A DNA stretch of 64,000 nt from Eledone cirrhosa. Its lineage: Eukaryota. The stretch covers positions 59,520,001-59,584,000 of the forward strand of contig OZ024741.1 of assembly GCA_964016885.1 (NCBI GenBank), written 5' to 3'. Each line of letters starts with the position of its first letter. Positions within the stretch are counted from its first letter, which is position 1. The notes under the pieces were generated by a model. That model had not been told where the DNA came from, did not search any database, and saw only the letters and a list, made by a program, of their open reading frames with translations. The position numbers and the translations under genes were made by a program. Below, piece by piece: positions 54,901-64,000 of the stretch.

Positions 54901-57835
54901 AAGCCTATCTAAGTCAAGCACACATACCACGAATTTGTGGTCCGAGTAGCTGACTATCTTGAATTGTGGACAGCCTATGCTAGACCTATCTATTTCCCTA
55001 CAAAATACTCTATCTAGATATGATCTGGATGACCCTATGCGGTTTGTCCAAGTCCACATTGGCACATTCGGGAAATCCAATCGGTACCTGTCAGACAGTT
55101 CAAAACGCCTGAGCAGGTTGGTGAGACTCTTGCACCCTCCTCTCCTATCCACTAATCCCACACAATACCAGCGTGCATCTAAGATCCCGTTCCAGTCGCC
55201 CACTAACACTGAAGAGCGGGACGTTCCAAGAAAGGTCTCCAGACGCCGGAAGAAATCAGGCCGCCCCGCTCCTGTCGGGGCATAGACGGCCACTAACTTG
55301 AAAGCTTGCCCGTCTCCGCTGGTCACGTCCAGCACCACCAACTTACCTTCTGGGTCCAGGAAGATGGCCCGTATGGCAAGATCCAACCCTCTCCGAAAAA
55401 GCACAGCAACTCCTCCCCCCGATCCCGGACGGCTGGGAGATGCGTACACATCGTAGCCGCCGAAGATCGGTGCGAAGCCCGTGCTTCGGAGGTTCTGGTC
55501 TCGCTGATGGCCACTACATCTATGTTTAGTGACCTGAGGTTGTTGAGCAAGTGGCCCTGCTTCCATGACGACCCCAAGCCACGCGCATTTATGCAGCCTA
55601 TTCTGAGTGAGGTCATGTTGAAAAGGAGTGGAAAAGATGGGAAATACCACTTACCTTACTTCTCGTAGAGGAAGGACGGTTTTTCCATCCTTTTCACTGC
55701 TTGTGGCCTCCTCAGGAAGGATGTCCTTATAAATCCTCATGGAGAATGCTTGTCGGAAGTCTCCGATGTCTTTGGGGAATTTTTGTTTTAGTGTCATGTA
55801 CGTTTTCTGTGTGATGCGAGTGATTTGTATGTGTGGAGGTGGTGTGAATATTTGGGTTGTTGTGTAGTCTTATTCTGTGATGCTGGTGTTGTGTTGGATG
55901 TAGTGTAATAATTGGTTGTTGTTCAAATTTAATGCTGTGTAGTGTGTATCGTTTTGGTTGTTTTGTTTTGTTTGCGTTTGTTGTGGGTTTGTTTCTGTTT
56001 CGCATTTTGGTGACTTTTGTGGTGTAGGTGATGGTGGTGTTGGGGTTAATGATGGTGATGGTGTTGGTGTTTGGGGTGATGGGGTTGGTGATGCTGGTGT
56101 GGATGGTGGCATATCTGTCCTAACTTTTTTGTTTGTTAATTTATTTTTATCCCTCTGTATTTTGTTTTTGGAGGGGGAAGGAAGAGAATTTTTTCTTTTT
56201 TGGTTTCTTTTTTTCTTTTTTCCTGATACCGTTTACCACTCCTCGTCGTCACAATCTGTCTCCAGTTGTGATAGGCCGGGGAGTGGAAAATCGTCCACAG
56301 GCGTTAGTTTTGGTTGTGGCGTGGTGGATGGTGTAGGCGCTGGTGCTAGTTCTGGCGCGTTGGGTGGTGGTGGTGTTGGTTTTGCTACTGTTGCTGGGGT
56401 TGTTGCTGTTATAGTTGCTTCTGTTGTTGCTGCTACAGTTGTTGCTGCCATATCTGCTACTGGTGGTGTTGATGGTTGAGTCCCTGGGGTGGGTAGGAGA
56501 GGTGGCCTCAACCTTTTAGCCTGAGTGCAGAAAGCCCTTAGGTGGGTTCCTTCACCACAAACGACACACCTAGGCCTTCTGCCCTCGACAATCACGGTGA
56601 GGTGGCTGCCGTCAGTGAGGTCTATTACCTATGGGATCTCGTCAATGCTTTTTTGGTCCGCTTGGATCAGGAGCTCCATCCCAGATCCGGACCAGTTCTC
56701 CTGCTTTTCTTGTGCTATTGCTATTCTCTTTGTGTTGTCTTCGATGCTGGCGAGGACGGCCGCTATTAGCCAGGGAATTTCGATGGCCGGTGGAACGTGG
56801 GTGAGCCTGATCTTTACGAGTCTCTGGCCACAATAGCTTGGGACGAGTGTGAAGTCGTCACTTCTTAATGGGGCCATGGAGTGTTCTCTAGCCTCCTCTG
56901 GTGTTTAAAAGAACACGTCCACGGTTCCATACTTCTGCCCACGTCTGATGTGGGTTTTTCTTGCCCACACATGTCCCAAAGATTTTTGGATTTGGGACTC
57001 GGATGCCCGTTCCACTCGGCGCGATTTTACATTAATTGTTCTATACGACACGGTGCATAGGCTCCGATGCTCCATTTTATTAGTGGGGGTGGGGTGAGGC
57101 TGACCCTGTACCCATATTTCTTTACCATTTTTTTGGCATTTTCTAATTCCTCCTAAGTTACCGTAAATGCTTCGCACTGTTTTGCTACTCTGACAAAACT
57201 AAGGGTGGTTTTTTTAATGTCATTGTTGCTGTTGTTGTTATCGTTATTTTTGTTATTATTAATTTTAGTTTCAGTTGTGGTGGTGGTGACGTCAGTGGTG
57301 TTCGGTTTGGATGAGTCCATTTTGGTTGAAAATATTTCGACATCACGAGTTGATTTATTTTTTCCTTTTGTTTCTGTTCTCGCGGTGGTGGTGGGGGTTG
57401 GGGGAGGGGGCTGTCGCGGTGGTGGTGGTGGTGGCGGCTTTAACACCTGCAGTCATTGGCAATGGCGGGAAATGAATGTCTGCCTGAGACAAATTTAAAA
57501 TATTGCTACTGCTTATATTTTTTTAGTGTTGGCAAACGTAGTAACATTTACAATGGTGGTGTCGGTGTGAGGTGTTAATTTGTGAGGAAAGCTTTCAGCT
57601 GCTTGGTGCAGAGGTGAATTAGCCATTTTTTTTCAAAGAAATTTTTTGATAATCATAAAAGTTTAAATTTTGGGCACAAGGCCCCAATCTTTTCGGGTGT
57701 CCTTTTCGGAAAACAATGTATGTGCGCTTATAAATAGTTAACAATAACAATTTTCCATAAATGGCAATTTTTAACAAACGGAAATAACAAACCTTTGCGG
57801 AGCTCACGATGATACGATTTACTACGTAGGTCGCC
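51912..57835 (-). mobile_element. Near full-length Tx1/L1-clade LINE (ORF1 with CCHC knuckle; ORF2 APE-RT), frameshifted, flanked by (AAT)n
   Basis: ORF1 pieces with CVVCGEGTHLRAFC. ORF2 from ATG 55616: CINARGL, AISETR, VAVYAP, VGDWN, SYLDR, YSDHK, GPGYWKLN, SPGLDGLP, DQSKAFDRVDH, VRQGCPLS, AYADDV, CPRC. Tail 51912-51953. Confidence 0.95.
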
Positions 57836-57883
<48 letters not shown>

Positions 57884-57885
<2 letters not shown>

Positions 57886-58667
57886 TAATCATAGTACCTT
57901 CTTTGAGAAAACAGAATTCAGAGATCCACAGACATGGAACTGGTTGAAAAGAGCAGGCCCTCAAAACGAAGTGGCTGAAACACCATATTTACAAGGAGGA
58001 GGCTAGCCCACTGTGAAGGATCTGTGGAGAGAGAGAGGAGACTGTGGCTCACATTGTATCCGAGTGTAAACACCTAGCCCAGACTCACTATAAAGGCTGG
58101 AGACATGATGTGATGGCACCTATGCAAAGTAAACAATTTACCACATTCTGAGAAGTGGTATGAGCATAAGCCAGAGTCGGTGATAGAAAACGATCAGGTG
58201 AAGGTGTTATGGGATTTTAGCATACAGACGGACAAGAAACTGGAACACAATAGACCTGACCAGGTGGTTTTGGACAAGGAAAAAAGATCGTACCTGATTG
58301 TGGATGTGGCCTGCCCATTCGACACGAGAGTGCAAGAGAAGGAGAGGGAGAAAATTAACGGATACCAGGACTTAAAGTGGGAGGTAAAAAGGATTTGGAA
58401 CTGCCATGAAGTCAAAGTGGTCCCGATTGTCATAGGCGCACTAGGTACTATCTCAAGGATTTTCCAGGGATGGTTAAATAATATTAGTCCAGCCCCGCTT
58501 TTTGGAACACTTCAAAAGGCATGCTTGCTGGGAACAGCTAGAACCCTCCGATACGTCCTGAATATCTGAGGCTGCAGGTAGCAGCTTGATATTCATTTCA
58601 ACAAACTTTCCAGTTAAATAACATCAATGACTGAGACTCAAAGAACAATAATAACAATAATAATAAT
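57884..58667 (+). mobile_element. R4/Dong-like LINE 3' fragment (CCHC + restriction-like endonuclease) in (AAT)n
   Basis: ICGER.ETVAHIVSEC, WYEHKPESV, LWDFSIQTD..HNRPD..IVDVACP..EKEREK..YQDL..VVPIVIGALG. Ends in aataataacaataataat. Confidence 0.9.
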
Positions 58668-61600
58668 GATTTCATTTATTGGCCACAAGGGCCGACATAT
58701 AGGGGACAATACAAAAGACTGGGACAGTGGGGTTTTACAGAAAAATCGAGTAAACAATATGAATAAACAAAGTAACAAAAACAAAGTAACAGTAAAGTAA
58801 CAATAAAATTACAAGAAAAAAATTCCCCAATAGGGGGGATGACCACCTAGGGTTCGCTCTGGTACCCCACCAGTCCTGAACGACCCAAATCTTCGAGAGC
58901 ACCCTGGAAGGGCACCCCTCTCCTCTTCAAATTTACCTACATACAGCCGCATGACCAGAGTAGGCCAACTCACACAGGCCATTCTCGCCACATTCACCCA
59001 CCTTTCAGCAAATGTACTGGGGGAGGGGGGGGGGGGGGGGCAGCACTTCTCTCTCCACCCTCACCTTCCTTTCCAAGTGAAACTTGAAAAAATTGATGAG
59101 GGATTGGCCGAAGAGAAAAGTGTCTGTCTTCAGTCCTTTCAACCTCGTCCACCATACAACCTCTTTCGCTACTGCCACCAGACAGAGGAAAATTGCCTGC
59201 CCTTCCTCTGCCAAAAGAAGGCGGCGGGTCGATCTTCACTATGGACTCGGCCGATAGCCGGATCCGTTCTACACGCGACAACAGCTGTTCAACATAACTC
59301 CACAAGTCAGTAATGCACGGACACTGGACGAGTGCGTGCAGAACGGTTTCGTCGCTCTGCGCGCATCTCGGGCATGTCCGTCTGACAGCACTTCCGTGCC
59401 TGTAGAGTTTATCTCGAACCGGCAGTGCCCCCCGGTAGCACTGCTAAGCGAGGGAATTTTTGGAAATTATCCATCGTCCCCGGCTCGAAAGTCCTCCGGT
59501 ACAGACTGGTTAGTTCGACTTCGTTGACTCCCAGAGCCTCTCCGAGTGCGTCGTCGCACTTGCCCACCACTAATCCTCTATAGAACTCGAGAGTGGAAGT
59601 TCCACTGAGCGCATTGCCAGCCTGGTAGAGGGCAGTGAGTGCCTGGCAACATTCCAGATGCCAGTCACCCAGTCTCGGTCTCTTCTTGACCCAGGACTGC
59701 AACTCAGTCAAAGAACGAGCTGCGGAAAGGCCCGTCTGACAAACGGCGACCACACCTGTTCACCGTTTAGGCAGAATATCTGGAGATGCCGCAGCCTCAG
59801 CGCGTGCCTGCGCATCATTAGCCACGGCATGCCCAGCCCTTCACGTAGAGGGTGGTGGCAGCAGCGGAACCTGACCTCTCCACAAGAATTTGAAGAGGAG
59901 CCGCTCCAAGATGGCGAGGCGCGAACGGGGCAAGGGACGACAGTCAGACGGTAGTAGATGACGGACGCGATGTACGCGTTCGCCACCTCCGCCCGACCTT
60001 TCAGTGATAGCTTCATCCCAGCCCATTTCTGGGTGAGACTGACTACCCTGCCCGTCCCCTCGTCCCAATTCTTATCCACCTGGAAGTCTGTCCCGAACCA
60101 AACCCCTAGCAACTTTACCGGTCTGTCCGTCCAGCGCCTAACGACGCTGTTGGACGGCATGGACTTGCCTCTCCAGGTGCCGAGTTGCAAGCCCACTGAC
60201 TTTTCCGGGTTAAGTTTTGCTCCCGTCAATCTTTCATATTCCTCCAATAAGTTGCCGACCACCTCGATTTCTGAGGTGTCCGACACCATCACGGTGATGT
60301 CGTCCGCATAAGCCGACACAGCCTTTCCGCGTCCCGGTTCGAGCGGGATGCCCTGCAACAGCTCCAGCTTCCGCAGTAAAAGCTCGAGAGTCAATACGTA
60401 CAGAAGGGAGGAGAGAGGGCACCCTTGATGGACCGATCGGGAGACCTGAAACGGTTCCGAGAGGTGGCCATTAATTTTGACCATCGAGCAGGTGCATTGC
60501 AGCGATCCAGCTTCTGAAGACGGGGCCGAAGTCAGCCGCCTTGAGGACAGCCTCCAGGTACCGATGGTCGACCTTATCGAATGCTTCCGATTGATCTAAA
60601 TTGATCAGAGCCCCACCGAAGCCAGCTTTACACCCTACCCTCTCTATGATGTATCGCATTAGGTGGAGGTTGTCGTGTATGGACCTGGTTGGGATTGCGC
60701 AAGTTTGCGCCTCCCCAACCAAATCCCCGACGACAAGCGCCAACTTCTTCGCTAACACCCTGGCCAAAATCTTAAACTCTGTGTTGAGCAGAGTTATGGG
60801 CCTGAAATTGTCTAATGTATCCCTCTTGTTCTCGTCTTTCCTTATCAGCGTCACTACGCCCGGCTCACAGAACTAGGAATAATCCCGTTTTGCTGCCAGT
60901 TCAGTAGAGCGCTTCCAGGAGATTGGAGAACAAGTCTGGCATATTTACGTAAAGCTCGTTGGGCAGACCACCCAAACCGGGTGACTTGCGCCTCATGCAG
61001 CCTACAAGGGCATCCTGAATCTCGGCTGAAGTAATTGGCCTTTCGCAGCGTCCAGCGTCAGCCGTCGAGAGTTGCGGCAAGCCTCGAGGTAGGGACTGAA
61101 GTCCGCCACCATCTCTGACCCGCCACTTCCCCCGAACAACCGAGAAAAATGTTGGCGAAAGGCCTCACACATCCTCTTGGAATCGCTCAGCTCGTGTCCT
61201 TCTCGGTCCGTCAAAGACCGAATCGTGGTTTTATTACCACGCTGCGCCTCTGCCACGCGGGTTCATCGAACAGCTTTGATTCCCTCGTTTCTCAGAGCAC
61301 GCGCCTTAGCTCTGACAATGCAACCCTCGTGTTTCGCATTGAAGAAATGGTCTAATGCCATTCTCGCCGCTAGCACGTGAGTTGCAATGCCACTACCAAT
61401 AGCCTCGTCTAACTTATCTACCAACTCTCCCACCTTTCTATTTTTCTCTAATGCTACTTCTTTGCTAATCTCTCTTTTGAGAGCCCCCCCCCCCCCCCAC
61501 CATCTATTGTTGACGACTCCCCCTGTCTAACTTTTTCTTAACTAAATTGTTGACCTGGTCCCTGTAAGCCTTACGTGCCGGAAATGACATGTGTAGCTTC

Positions 61601-64000
61601 CAGTAACCAGGTCCTAACCTACGCGTTTTATCTAGGTCGACCATACAGATCACAAACTTGTGATCTGAATAGGCGACCGTTTCAAAACGTGGACAGCTTA
61701 CACTATTTCTGTCTATTTTCCTAATGAATATCCTGTCTATATACGATCTAGATGACCCTATGCGGTTAGCCTAGGTCCACACTGGCGCATTAGGGAAATC
61801 TAGTCGGTACCTGTCAGACAGTTGGAACTGGCTGATCAGGTTCTTGAGGCTTTTGCACCCCCCGCTCCTATCGGATAATCCCACACAGTCCCAGCGTGCG
61901 TCTAAGATGCCGTTCCAGTCCCCCGCTAACAGTAAAGGGCGAGACGTACCCAGAGAGGCTTCCAGGCGTCTAAAGAAGTCCGGCCGTCCTGCCCTAGTAG
62001 GAACATAGACGGCCACCAGTCTAAAGGCACCCCCTTCATTATTGTTCACGTCCAGGACCACCAACTTCCCATCCGGGTCCCGGAAGATCGACCTTACTTC
62101 GAGATCCAGGCCTTTCCTAAACAGCACTTCCACCCCGCCTCCCATTCCCGGCTGGCTAACGGATGCAAAGATCTGATAGTCGTCGAAAATGGGGGCTAGT
62201 GCGCGCGTGTCGTAAATCCTGGTCTCGCTGACTCAATTACATCCATTTCTATAGACCTGAGGTCGTTGAGCAGATGACCCTGCTTCCAGGACGATCCCAG
62301 GCCTCGAACATTTAAACATCCTACTCTTAATACGGCCATGTTGGCAGGTTAAACAGAGAGAGAGGAAGGTTTACTTACCTTCCAGGCTCTTGTGACGGTC
62401 GGGTTGTTCGACCTCCATAGTTAGTGGGGTTTCTTTTGGGAACCCCTTTAAAAGTCTTGAAGTGGGTTTTACGTTCGAGGTTCCCACGTCCCGAGGAAAG
62501 CTGTCTCGTATTTCTTTGAATATGTCGAGCGACATTCGCACGAGAACCAAATCTTCCAGCACGCGAAATATGCTCGATTTAAACATTTCCCCCTCTTTTT
62601 GTATATTTTCACTTCGTGCTACGAGGGCCATCAGTTCCTTGTTGGCCCTCCTGACGAGCACGAAGATTTGTATGTTTTGTTGGTGTGATTTTATTTGTTT
62701 GCGTGGCTGTGGTGGTGATGGTTTTTTATGGTGTTGTTTCGGTTGTATCTGTGTTTGTTGTGAGTGCGATGTCTGTGGTTTCAGATGTTTGTGTGTATAT
62801 TTGTTCTTGCGTCTGTTTCGGTTGTTTGCGTTTGGGGGATTCTGGTAATGGTGATGGTGGTGTTGATGTTGGTGTTATTGGAGAGATGTTTCCGTGGGTG
62901 GTGTCTGCGTTTTTTATTGTGGGTGCTTTTGACCTTTGTTGAGTTTTTTTTTTCTTTTTGTGTTTCCTTTTTTGTATTTTGGGGGATTTGGGATTTCCCT
63001 CATCTTCACTACTGGTAGATGAGGGGTCTGTGTATGTATGTTTAAGGTTTTATTGGTGTGTGTATTTTGGGGGGAGGGGGAATTTGATAGCTTTCCTCGT
63101 TTCCCCCCTGGGTGCTCAATGTTGGTGGTGTTTTTCCTATTGGTGTTGTTGTTTGTGGTTTTGCCGGTACAGGTGTTGGTTGTGGTCCTCGCCCCGGCGT
63201 TGGCAGCAGTGGAGCCTTTCGACCCCTTGCCTCTTTCAGCAGTTGAGGGCAGAAGGCTCGCAAATGGGTTTTTTCCCCACAAACAAAACACTGCGGCCTT
63301 TTGACTTCGGTCATAATGTGAATGACAGTCCCATTCTGAAGTCGGATATGGTCTGGGATTGTCTTCACATTCTCGGGCCTGATCTGGAGAAGGATCTCCA
63401 GGTCAACCCCGGACCAGTCCCCTCTGGCCGTTCTGATCACTTCTATAGGGACTGTATCCGTCCCCTCCACAATCACACATCCCAGAAGCCACCACATGTC
63501 AAGTCGTGGTGGGATTCTGGGAATGCGGAGATGGGCCGTACTTTTCCCATGTGGGAGGGGTACATTATGACCTTGCTGGTTTTGCAAGGAGTCATGGTGT
63601 GTTTCATCGCGAGGGCTTCTGACTTGAACAACACCGAAATGGTGCCGTACTGTCTGCCCCTCTCTATGTACTGGATGTCTTCTCTGATGCACCTCAGCGC
63701 GACTTCGATATCTTCTTGTGTGATTAACGCTGCGCTTTTGGTTTGTGCTGAGATGCATCTATAATGCACCGTTTTGCGCCCCACTGCCTCAATAGCTTCT
63801 ACCGGGACAGTTAAGTTGGCTCAAGTTTGCTCTTGCTTGATGAGCTTCTATGCCTGGGCCAACTTTTCATCTTTGTTTGAGAGGTCCATGTTGAAGCATG
63901 GCCTCTTTTTTGCTGCTGCCGCAGCGAAAGTGGTCTTGTTTTCGTTGGGGGTGTTGTAGTCGTTGTCGTTGTTCTTTCTTATTGGTGTTGTTGTTAGCAC
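58668..64000 (-). mobile_element. Second Tx1-like LINE subfamily, degraded, continuing beyond the window end
   Basis: ORF1 with CFVCGEKTHLRAFC. ORF2 from ATG 62339 with APE motifs, NFRPITLLNTEFKI, VHQGCPLS, AYADDI. Many frameshifts. Confidence 0.93.

Noticed and set aside
57760-57835. HDV-like ribozyme or snRNA target at the Tx1 5' end
   Set aside because: No nested pseudoknot or recognisable snRNA sequence by eye.

Overview
AT-rich, microsatellite-saturated animal DNA with no host protein-coding gene that I can support. The SINE families and repeat landscape look cephalopod (octopus-like); this is an inference. The window is mostly retroelements: RTE LINEs (one ending in three C2H2 fingers), at least four families of Penelope-like elements (PLEs, RT + GIY-YIG), three Tx1/L1-like LINE copies, two R4/Dong-like fragments, a CR1/L2 remnant and tRNA-type SINEs. 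Main finding: a non-coding 310-bp unit at 1.8-3.17 kb, repeated about 4.4 times as two opposed tandem arrays inside (TA)n. Each unit carries a canonical-looking minimal type-I hammerhead ribozyme (HHR), so it is a candidate retrozyme or circular-RNA element. The inversion junction lies 4 nt from the predicted cleavage site, and the two arms are collinear, as in twin priming. The same geometry recurs in several PLE insertions. About 20 canonical or variant HHR-like motifs occur across the window. All folds were read by eye and none has been computed or tested.
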